Of a stretch of DNA of 42,774 bases, positions 10,175-18,269 are shown in pieces; position 1 is the stretch's first letter; every line of letters begins with the position of its first letter. The translations under genes were made by a program, and so were the position numbers. The notes beneath the pieces were generated by a model, which did not search any database, had not been told where the DNA came from, and saw only the letters and a list, made by a program, of their open reading frames with translations. This DNA comes from Clostridia bacterium (GTDB lineage Bacteria > Bacillota > Clostridia > Oscillospirales > CAG-272): the NCBI GenBank assembly GCA_017501005.1, contig JAFVXT010000061.1:1-42774 (forward strand), read 5' to 3'.

Positions 10175-12448
10175 ATGGCTCGTTTCCATCGGACAAAACC
10201 GAGCAAGGGCGGCTTTGAGGCCTTTTCAAAGCTTTTTCCCGATCGCTCGCGTGAAGATTTTTCGCTCGTCTTTCCCTATGATCTCGATAAAGAAAAAGCG
10301 TACGGCCGTCAAAAAGGGCTGTTTGCCTTTGACGGTGAAAGGATTTATATCGCTTCGCTTGAGGGTGAGCGCGAGGAGATTCCGCTTGACGACTGCGCCT
10401 CCTTTTTCCTGCAAAGAGGTGTGGGATGCGGCTTTTTCTTCGTTCGCATGAAGGACGGCGAGGAGCGCTTGCTCTGTCGCATGAGCGCGTCGGGCATGTC
10501 TCGTGCGGGGGCGGCGGCAAGAACGCTGAACCACCGCATTGAAAGCGGAGAGACCAAGAATTTTGCACGCGAGGAGGCACGCAATTGCCCCAAATGCGGC
10601 CGCCGCTTTCCCAAGGGCTCGCAAAGCTGTGTGCATTGCGGAAACAAGCGCAAGATCTTTATGCGGCTGGGGGCTGTGATCAGCCCTTATAAATGGCAGC
10701 TTCTTTTTTCTGTTTTTCTTTTTCTTGCGGTCTCCTTGATCAGCATAGTGAACCCTTATCTGAATAAAATTTTAGTGGACGGCTATATCAATAACAGTGA
10801 AGCCGCCGCAAAAGAAAACGTTTTATTTCTCTTTTTGTCTGTGATCGCCTTGATTTTGCTTGCACAGCTTCTGCAGCGCGGACTGTCGCTTTTGCGCGGT
10901 TATATCATGATCCGCACGGGCAACCGCGTGATTCTGCATTTGCGCGAGCTTGTCTTTTGCAAAATCCAGGAGCTTTCGGTTGCGCGGATCTCCAAGCGCA
11001 CGTCGGGTGAGCTTCTGAACCGTGTGACGCGCGATACGGGTGTCATTCAGCGCTTTCTTACCGACAGATTGACCGCTTTGCTTGAGCAGATTCTGATGCT
11101 TGCGGCGGTTTCGGTCATTCTTTTTGCCTATAACTGGAAGCTGGCACTTATGGTCATTTTGCCAACGCCCTGTGTGATCCTTTCCTTCCGCCTTTTCTGG
11201 CGCTTTATGGGCGGCATGTTCCGCCGCCGTTGGCAGCTCAATTCGGAGGCCAATGCCACGCTGCACGACATTTTCTCGGGCATTCGTGTGGTCAAGTCCT
11301 TCGGCATGGAGAAAAGGGAGGCCGAGCGCTTTGAAAAAATCACGAGACGTGAAAAGGAAGCGCAGATCCGCCAGGAAAAAGCGTGGGCGGTCATCATGCC
11401 TCTTCTCAATTTCATGATGGGCGTCGGTGAGTTTTTTGTTCTTTATTTCGTTGGCAACGAGATCCTTTCGGGCGGTATGACGCTCGGCGATATGGCCATG
11501 TTTTCTTCGTACGTCGGTATGGTTTATGCGCCGCTCCGTTCCTTTGCGGGCCTGCCGCGTGAGCTTTTGCATACGGCGACCGCCGTTTCGCGCGTGTTCG
11601 AGCTTTTGGACGAAAACAGCGACGTTTATGACGCTGCCAATGCCGTCGATATGGAGATCAAAGGCCATATCGAGGTGAAAAACGTATCGTTCGGCTATGA
11701 GGAAGGACGCGAGGTTCTGCGCGATATTTCCTTTGACGTCAAGCCGGGTGAATTTGTCGGCTTGGTCGGTCCGTCGGGTGTCGGTAAAAGCACCATGATC
11801 AATCTGATCATGCGTATGTACGACGTCGATCAGGGGCAGATCCTCATTGACGGTAAGGATATCCGCGAGCTTTCCCAGGAGTCGCTCCGCTCGCAAATGG
11901 GCGTGGTCTTGCAGGAAACATTCCTGTTTTCGGGCTCTGTTGCGCAGAATATTGCGTACGCCAAGCCCGATGCCACCCGTGACGAGATCATTGCGGCGGC
12001 CAAGCTCGCCGGCTGCCATTCATTCATCATCAAAATGCCCGACGGCTACCAGACCAAGGTCGGTGAAAAGGGCTATACGCTTTCGGGCGGCGAGCGTCAG
12101 CGCGTGGCCATTGCCCGTGCGCTTTTGCACGATCCGAAAATCCTCATTCTCGATGAGGCAACGGCATCGCTCGATACCGAAACCGAAAAGCAGATCCAGG
12201 AGGCCTTGGCGCATCTTTCGAAAACGAGAACGACGATTGCCATTGCCCACCGTCTCTCCACGCTCCGCAACGCGACCAAGCTGATCGTATTCGATAAAGG
12301 CAGGATCGCGGAGATCGGCTCGCACGATGAGCTGATGGCGAAAGAGGGAATTTATTACGGACTTGTATTAGCACAGAGAGAAATGACCAAAATGCAAAAG
12401 GAAGAAGGCTTGGCACCCAAGGGTGCGGAAAGGAAGGCACACGCGTGA
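10175..12448 (+). CDS. ABC exporter, fused permease/ATPase with N-terminal cytoplasmic domain and zinc ribbon (partner of 7292-9604)
   Basis: Walker A GPSGVGKST, LSGGERQR, ILILDEATASLD. The N-terminal extension ends in CPKCG...CVHCG. GGGAGGGG SD before ATG 10175. Confidence 0.85.
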   Translation: MARFHRTKPSKGGFEAFSKLFPDRSREDFSLVFPYDLDKEKAYGRQKGLFAFDGERIYIASLEGEREEIPLDDCASFFLQRGVGCGFFFVRMKDGEERLLCRMSASGMSRAGAAARTLNHRIESGETKNFAREEARNCPKCGRRFPKGSQSCVHCGNKRKIFMRLGAVISPYKWQLLFSVFLFLAVSLISIVNPYLNKILVDGYINNSEAAAKENVLFLFLSVIALILLAQLLQRGLSLLRGYIMIRTGNRVILHLRELVFCKIQELSVARISKRTSGELLNRVTRDTGVIQRFLTDRLTALLEQILMLAAVSVILFAYNWKLALMVILPTPCVILSFRLFWRFMGGMFRRRWQLNSEANATLHDIFSGIRVVKSFGMEKREAERFEKITRREKEAQIRQEKAWAVIMPLLNFMMGVGEFFVLYFVGNEILSGGMTLGDMAMFSSYVGMVYAPLRSFAGLPRELLHTATAVSRVFELLDENSDVYDAANAVDMEIKGHIEVKNVSFGYEEGREVLRDISFDVKPGEFVGLVGPSGVGKSTMINLIMRMYDVDQGQILIDGKDIRELSQESLRSQMGVVLQETFLFSGSVAQNIAYAKPDATRDEIIAAAKLAGCHSFIIKMPDGYQTKVGEKGYTLSGGERQRVAIARALLHDPKILILDEATASLDTETEKQIQEALAHLSKTRTTIAIAHRLSTLRNATKLIVFDKGRIAEIGSHDELMAKEGIYYGLVLAQREMTKMQKEEGLAPKGAERKAHA

Positions 12449-12990
12449 TTCTTGAATATTTTTTGCCCGACAGATGCTTTCGAAGCTTTGATAAGCTGAC
12501 ACCCGAGCGCTTGCAAAGGCTCGGCATCAGGGGACTGATTCTCGATATCGATAATACCATTGCGCCGTATGAGGAGGCCATGCCCGGCAAGCGCGCGCTC
12601 GAGTGGTTTCATGAAATGGAGGCGGCAGGCATTCGCATTGCCTTCGTATCCAATAACGAGGCCGAGCGCGTAGATCTTTTTAACCGCGATCTCGGCTATC
12701 CGCATTTTTCGAAAAGCGGCAAGCCGCTCGGCAAGAACGTGCGCCGCGCCATGCGTGCCATGGGAACGACAAGAAAAAACACAGCCTTGATGGGCGACCA
12801 GATCTTTACCGATATCCTTGCCGCCCGCTTGGCGGGGCTGAAGCGTACCTTTTTGGTGCCGCCGATCAAGGATAAAACCGATTGGCTTACGCAAGGGAAG
12901 CGCTTGCTCGAAAAGCCGATCCTTTATGCCTATCGCAAAAAGGCGGCACTCCTGAATTTGAAAAGAAGGAGAAAGAACCATGCGGAGTAA
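12445..12990 (+). CDS. yqeG: YqeG family HAD-IIIA phosphatase
   Basis: DIDNT (DxDxT) motif, VSNN, and GDQIFTDI motif. About 181 aa. The GTG start overlaps the upstream stop. Confidence 0.8.
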   Translation: MILEYFLPDRCFRSFDKLTPERLQRLGIRGLILDIDNTIAPYEEAMPGKRALEWFHEMEAAGIRIAFVSNNEAERVDLFNRDLGYPHFSKSGKPLGKNVRRAMRAMGTTRKNTALMGDQIFTDILAARLAGLKRTFLVPPIKDKTDWLTQGKRLLEKPILYAYRKKAALLNLKRRRKNHAE

Positions 12991-13846
12991 GGCTCTGTTC
13001 GGCCCCGGCGGTAATAGCGAGGCCTTTTACCGCGACGGCTGTAAATCCACGCGTCAAGCGCCCGCCTGGGTCAAGCGCATCGGCCTTGATGCTTATGAAT
13101 TTGAAGCGGGGAACGGCATTTCTGCCGGTGACGAAACCCTGGCCGCGATCGGGGCGGCCGCGTATGACGAGGGCGTGCATATGTCGCTTCATTCGCCCTA
13201 TTACATTTAGCTTTCGGGCATCATTCCCGAAAAAAGACTGAAAAGCATTGATTATATCAAAAGCAGTCTGCACGCGGCGGCGCTTCTGCGCGCAAAGACC
13301 GTGGTCGTGCATACGGGCAGTGCGGCAAAGATCGACCGTAGCGAGGCCATGAAGCTCGCCGCAGATACTCTCGACCGAACGCTCGCGGAGGTGGGCGAGG
13401 ACGGTGCGTTTATCGGCCTTGAAACCATGGGTAAGGTCAATCAGCTCGGCACGCTCGAAGAGGTCATCGCACTTTGCAAAATGAGCCGCCGTCTTGTGCC
13501 CGTCGTTGATTTCGGTCATATGAACGCACGTGCGTGCGGCGGTGTTTTTCCCGACGTCGATGCGTACAGACGCATTTTTTCTGCCATCGGAGAAGCACTT
13601 GACGATCAGACAGCGCGCAATTTGCATTGCCATTTCTCCAAAATCGAATGGACGGGCGCGGGTGAGAAAAAGCATCTGACCTTTGAGGATGCGGTGTACG
13701 GCCCCGATTTTGAGCCGCTCATGGAATGCCTGGTCCGCGAGAATCTGACACCGACCGTCATCTGCGAATCCGCAGGTACGATGAGTGACGATGCCTTGGC
13801 CATGAAGAAAAGCTATGAGAGGGCACTTGCGCAATGGAAAAATTAA
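12980..13846 (+). pseudogene. AP endonuclease family 2 / xylose-isomerase-like TIM-barrel protein interrupted by one in-frame TAG (13208-13210)
   Basis: ORFs 12980-13210 and 13301-13846 share one frame, and the frame stays open from 13211 onward. The joined product reads ...HMSLHSPYYI*LSGIIPEKRLKSIDYIKSSLHAAALLRAKTVVVHTG..., a continuous conserved TIM-barrel sequence. Confidence 0.75.
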
Positions 13847-14901
13847 GCAGAATCCGCCGTGCCATGAAGGAAAACGGCTTTGAGGCGATTCTTTTGACCG
13901 ACGAGATCAACTGCTATTATGCCACGGGCTTTTCCTTCACCGACGGGTGCGTCCTCGTCACCGACCGAAGCGCTCACCTGATCACGGATACACGCTATAC
14001 CGAGGAAGCGGCCATGCACGCAGACTCTGCGTTTGAGGTCGCAGCGCCCCAATCCCGTGCATCTTACGTGAGTGAGGTGCTTGACGGAGAAGGCGTGAAA
14101 ACGCTTGGCTACGAGGATCTTTCACTTTCCTGTGCCGATTTTCGGAAAATGCAAAAGACCTACCCCTTGACATTGAAAGCGATGGGGGATCTGATGAGCA
14201 CGTTGCGCGAGATTAAGGACAGCGATGAGCTTCTACTGATGAAGCGCGCACAGGAGCTGACCGACCGCGCATTTACCCATATTCTCACGGTGATGACGCC
14301 CGCGATGACCGAAACCGAGGTCGCTTTGGAGCTTGAATTTTTCATGCGGAAAAACGGTGCGGAAGGGCTTGCCTTCGAGACCATTGCGGTTTCGGGGGCT
14401 GCCAGCTCCTTGCCGCACGGCAAGCCGCAAAACCGTCCCTTGGAAAAAGGATTTCTCACCATGGATTTCGGGGCACGCTTTGACGGCTACTGCTCGGATA
14501 TGACCAGAACCGTGTGCATCGGCCGTGCCGATGCCGAAATGAAGCATCTTTACGAAACCGTTTTGCAAGCGCAAAGGGCGGCTCTCGCGGAAATCCGTGC
14601 AGGGGTTGATTGCCGTGCAGTGGACGCCGTGGCGCGTTCCTTGATTGAAGGAGCAGGCTATCGGGGCAAATTCGGGCACGGGCTCGGTCATGCCGTGGGG
14701 CTCTTGATCCATGAAAGCCCGCGCTTTTCTCCCATGGCGGGGGCGCGTGTTTTGGAGGTCGGGCACGTGATGACAGTGGAGCCGGGTATTTATCTCGAAG
14801 GGAAGTACGGCTGCCGTATCGAGGATATGGTGGCAGTCACGGAAGACGGGTATACCTCATTTACTGCTTCACCGAAGGATCTGATCGAGCTTTTTGCATA
14901 A
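13834..14901 (+). CDS. M24 family Xaa-Pro aminopeptidase/dipeptidase
   Basis: Creatinase-like N-domain plus a pita-bread fold with metal ligands (DFGARFDGYCSDMTRT, HGLGHAVGLLIHE, EPGIY, IED). Confidence 0.85.
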   Translation: MEKLSRIRRAMKENGFEAILLTDEINCYYATGFSFTDGCVLVTDRSAHLITDTRYTEEAAMHADSAFEVAAPQSRASYVSEVLDGEGVKTLGYEDLSLSCADFRKMQKTYPLTLKAMGDLMSTLREIKDSDELLLMKRAQELTDRAFTHILTVMTPAMTETEVALELEFFMRKNGAEGLAFETIAVSGAASSLPHGKPQNRPLEKGFLTMDFGARFDGYCSDMTRTVCIGRADAEMKHLYETVLQAQRAALAEIRAGVDCRAVDAVARSLIEGAGYRGKFGHGLGHAVGLLIHESPRFSPMAGARVLEVGHVMTVEPGIYLEGKYGCRIEDMVAVTEDGYTSFTASPKDLIELFA

Positions 14902-14937
14902 TTTCGGTAAAAAAAACAAAAAAATTTCAATATCCTC

Positions 14938-14966
14938 TTGCAAAATTTGAGATTATAGTGTAAAAT
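14938..14966 (+). promoter_or_regulatory. Sigma-A type promoter candidate for efp
   Basis: TTGCAA (14938-14943), 17 nt, then TAAAAT (14961-14966). Confidence 0.5.
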
Positions 14967-15083
14967 AGATTTGTCAGAATATGTCTTGCCGAAGAGGAAG
15001 ACAAGCGCGCTGGCTTTTACGGCGGAAAAGCGGTGCGGAAAAATATAAAAAACTAACAAACCGCCGGGAAAAAGGTGCTATTT

Positions 15084-15641
15084 ATGGTTACAGCAGGAGA
15101 TTTCAGAAACGGTATTACCTTCGACATGGACGGCGACGTCATGCAGATTATCGAGTTTCAGCACGTGAAACCCGGTAAAGGCGCGGCTTTCGTTCGCACC
15201 AAGCTGAAGAATGTTATCAGCGGTGCCGTGATCGAAAAGACCTTCAACCCGACTGAAAAATTTGAAAACGCTCACATCGACAGAAAAGAGATGCAGTATC
15301 TCTATAACGATGACAATCTTTACTATTTCATGGATATGGAAACGTTTGACCAGATTCCTCTGGATGCAGACAAGCTCGGCGATAACTTCAAGTTCGTGAA
15401 GGAAAACACCCTTTGCAAGATTATTTCCTACAAGGGCAACGTTTTCGGCGTTGAGCCTCCGCTCTTCGTTGAGCTCGAGGTCGTTGATACCGAGCCCGGT
15501 GTTCGCGGCGATACCGCAACCAACGTCACCAAGCCCGCAACGCTTGAAACAGGCGCTGTGATCAAGGTTCCGATCTTCATTAACACGGGCGATATGCTCC
15601 GCATCGATACCAGAACCGGCGAATATCTGGAGCGCGCATAA
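15084..15641 (+). CDS. efp: Elongation factor P
   Basis: [13 protein letters not shown]...[16 protein letters not shown]..., 185 aa. Confidence 0.95.
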   Translation: MVTAGDFRNGITFDMDGDVMQIIEFQHVKPGKGAAFVRTKLKNVISGAVIEKTFNPTEKFENAHIDRKEMQYLYNDDNLYYFMDMETFDQIPLDADKLGDNFKFVKENTLCKIISYKGNVFGVEPPLFVELEVVDTEPGVRGDTATNVTKPATLETGAVIKVPIFINTGDMLRIDTRTGEYLERA

Positions 15642-15678
15642 TCCACCGACCGAGCAAATAGGAAAGTGAGGGAAGATT

Positions 15679-16125
15679 ATGAAAATCACTGAAAAAGCAG
15701 CATACCTGAAGGGCCTTTGCGACGGCTTGAAGCCCGATGCAAACAAAGCCGAAGGAAAATTGATCCTTGAATTGATCGAAACCGTGTCTCTTATGGCTGC
15801 AAAGATCGAGGAAATGGAAGCCGATGCCAAGAATCTTCGCGAATACGTTGAAGAGCTTGATGAGGATCTCGGCTCCGTCGAAGAAGATCTTTATGCCGAA
15901 GAGGACGACGAGGATGAAGACGACGACGAGGATGATTATCTCAACCCCGATGATTATTTCAACGTCGAGTGTCCCAGCTGCGGAGAGACCATTTGTTTCG
16001 ACGATTCTGTTGATCCCTCGAACCTGACTTGCCCCGCATGTGGCGAAAGCATTGAATGTGAAATTGAATGTGACGGCGATTGCGCGCAGTGTGAAGGTTG
16101 CGAGAGTGACGAAGAAGACAACTGA
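15679..16125 (+). CDS. Acidic protein with C-terminal CxxC zinc ribbons (CD1247 N-terminal domain-like, tentative)
   Basis: 148 aa. It has an N-terminal helical segment, a D/E-rich linker, then CPSCG...CPACG and a Cys-rich tail. AGGGAAG-like SD. Confidence 0.6.
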   Translation: MKITEKAAYLKGLCDGLKPDANKAEGKLILELIETVSLMAAKIEEMEADAKNLREYVEELDEDLGSVEEDLYAEEDDEDEDDDEDDYLNPDDYFNVECPSCGETICFDDSVDPSNLTCPACGESIECEIECDGDCAQCEGCESDEEDN

Positions 16126-16127
16126 TC

Positions 16128-16159
16128 AAAAAAGCCGTTGCGTGAGCAACGGCTTTTTT
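16128..16159 (+). terminator. Rho-independent terminator
   Basis: AAAAAAGCCGTTGC-GTGA-GCAACGGCTTTTTT. Confidence 0.85.
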
Positions 16160-16180
16160 CATTGAAAAAAGGAGAACACT

Positions 16181-18106
16181 ATGATTCAGGACAAGCGTTG
16201 TGTCCATCTGGATTTCCACACCTCTGAAAAAATCAAGGGCATCGGCGCGGATTTTAAGCGCGAAGAATTTGCAGCCGCTTTGAAAGAAGCCAATCTTGAT
16301 TCCATCACCGTTTTTGCCAAGTGCCATCACGGTAATTTGTATTATCATTCGGATAAGTATTTTACGCATCCGCACTTGACCATTCCTCTGCTTGAGGAGC
16401 AGCTTGCCGCTTGTAAGGAAGCGGGGGTTTCGGCAAAGATCTATATTTCCGCAGGCTTTGACGAGCACAGCGCGATGGAGCACCCCGAATGGCTGCAGGT
16501 GACAAGCGACGGCACGCACCCCAATCTGCTCATGCCCGGCTTCAAGCGCCTTTGCTTCAACACGCCCTATCTTGACGTGCTTGTCGGTCAGACCGAGGAG
16601 ATCATGGAAAAATACAATCCCGACGGTGTGTTCTACGATATCGTTGCCGAAGGTCCTTGTACTTGTCGCTGGTGCATGCGCGATATGGCGAAAAAAGGTC
16701 TTGACTATCGCAAGTATGAAGACTTGATGAAGCAAGCGCGCGACGTCTTTATGAAATTTACCGAAACCCTGACAGGCACCGTCCGCCGCTATCATCAAGA
16801 CACGCTTGTTTTCTATAATGCGGGCAATTTCCCTGTCGGTGCGCAGTACCGTCTCAATTGCTGCGATCAGCTTGAGGCAGAATCTCTGCCGACAGGCGGT
16901 TGGGGCTATGACCATTTCCCGATGACCATGTCTTATATTCGCCGCAACGGCAAGAATTGTATCGGTATGACCGGTAAATTTCACCGTTCCTGGGGCGATA
17001 TGGGCACGTATAAGTATAAAGACGCATTGCTTTACGAGGGTGCGCAGTGCCTTGCCTTTGATGCAGGTCTTTCTGTCGGCGACTCCTTGCATCCCGGCGG
17101 AAGAGTTGATTCCTATACTTACGAAAACATTGGTAATACCATGCGCTATCTCGAAGAAAGAACGCCGTGGCGCGGCGGCGAATTTCTGCCAGAATTTGCC
17201 GTTTTGGGCGAAGGCGCTTCAAGGGGCGTGCAGGGACGCATCGGTGCCAGCCGTATGTTCTTTGAGAAAAAATACCTCTTTGATATCATTGACAATGCAG
17301 AGATTTCCAACCGTTATCCCCTGATCGTTCTGCCCAATGACGCGGCTCTGACCGACGCGGCATATAAGGCCCTGACCGATTACGTTGCAAACGGCGGTAA
17401 GATCCTTGCTGTTGGTCAGGCGCCGATGTACCGAGGGCAAATGGCCTTTGATCTCGGTGCGGAAATGATCGGCCCCGATGAGCTCACGCCGACATTCTTC
17501 CGTGCCCGTTACGAGCTTGCGGCAGCGAGCGGCATGACCATGTTCGTGGAGAATGCGACGTACGATATCCGTGCGACAGGCGAAGTGCTTGCCGATAAGT
17601 TTTCACCGTATTTCAAGCGGGAAGGCTTGAATTTCTCGGGCCATAGTCATACCTCGGCCGATTTCAGTAAGGTCTCGCCTGCCATCACGATGGGCAAGCA
17701 CGGCATTTACGTATCCTCGTGCGTTTTTGCCGAGTATGCAAAATTGGGTAGCCTGAACGACAAGCAGCTTGTGCTTCCTTTGATGGAAATGCTTCTCGGA
17801 AAAGAGAATAAGACCGTTGAAACCAATCTGCCGTCAAACGGTAAGGTCACGCTTTATAAGAAGGGCGGCTCCTACATTCTGCACCTGCTTTATGCCAATA
17901 CCGTCAAGCGCGGTGAAAACATAGAGGTCATTGAGGATCTTGCCACCTTGGCTGATATCAACGTTTCCTTGAAGCTTCCCGAAAACGTGACGCGCGCCAT
18001 CTGCCGTCCGTCGGGCAAGGAGATTGCCTTGACCAAGGACGAAAACGGCCGCATCAGCTTTACGCTTGAACGTTTCCGTTGTCACGAGATCATTGAACTG
18101 ATCTGA
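16181..18106 (+). CDS. Putative glycoside hydrolase (TIM-barrel N-domain, GHL6-like; family uncertain)
   Basis: 641-aa ORF with a GGAGAA SD. The N-terminus VHLDFHTSE...ITVFAKCHHG resembles hypothetical glycosyl hydrolase 6-type proteins. No catalytic residues were verified. Confidence 0.4.
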   Translation: MIQDKRCVHLDFHTSEKIKGIGADFKREEFAAALKEANLDSITVFAKCHHGNLYYHSDKYFTHPHLTIPLLEEQLAACKEAGVSAKIYISAGFDEHSAMEHPEWLQVTSDGTHPNLLMPGFKRLCFNTPYLDVLVGQTEEIMEKYNPDGVFYDIVAEGPCTCRWCMRDMAKKGLDYRKYEDLMKQARDVFMKFTETLTGTVRRYHQDTLVFYNAGNFPVGAQYRLNCCDQLEAESLPTGGWGYDHFPMTMSYIRRNGKNCIGMTGKFHRSWGDMGTYKYKDALLYEGAQCLAFDAGLSVGDSLHPGGRVDSYTYENIGNTMRYLEERTPWRGGEFLPEFAVLGEGASRGVQGRIGASRMFFEKKYLFDIIDNAEISNRYPLIVLPNDAALTDAAYKALTDYVANGGKILAVGQAPMYRGQMAFDLGAEMIGPDELTPTFFRARYELAAASGMTMFVENATYDIRATGEVLADKFSPYFKREGLNFSGHSHTSADFSKVSPAITMGKHGIYVSSCVFAEYAKLGSLNDKQLVLPLMEMLLGKENKTVETNLPSNGKVTLYKKGGSYILHLLYANTVKRGENIEVIEDLATLADINVSLKLPENVTRAICRPSGKEIALTKDENGRISFTLERFRCHEIIELI

Positions 18107-18120
18107 TTCCCTTATAGAAG

Positions 18121-18159
18121 AAACACCTTGAGTGTCACATGGCACTCAAGGTGTTTTTT
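18121..18159 (+). terminator. Rho-independent terminator
   Basis: AAACACCTTGAGTG...CACTCAAGGTGTTT stem followed by a T-run. Confidence 0.85.
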
Positions 18160-18217
18160 GTTAGCAGAAGTTTTGAAAAGCGCGCGCATTTTCGTGTTTT
18201 GGAGAGGCGCGTTTTTG

Positions 18218-18261
18218 AAAAACAGCACAGGCATTCATGAAAGAAAGCCTGTGCTGTTTTT
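18218..18261 (-). terminator. Rho-independent terminator of the decarboxylase operon (usable in both directions)
   Basis: AAAAACAGCACAGGC...GCCTGTGCTGTTTTT, a 15-bp stem, 8 nt beyond the stop at 18270. Confidence 0.85.
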
Positions 18262-18269
18262 AGTTTGAT

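Noticed and set aside
15880-15955. GA(A/T/C/G)-rich triplet repeat
   Set aside because: It encodes the Asp/Glu tract of the acidic zinc-ribbon protein. It is a coding low-complexity region, not a regulatory repeat.
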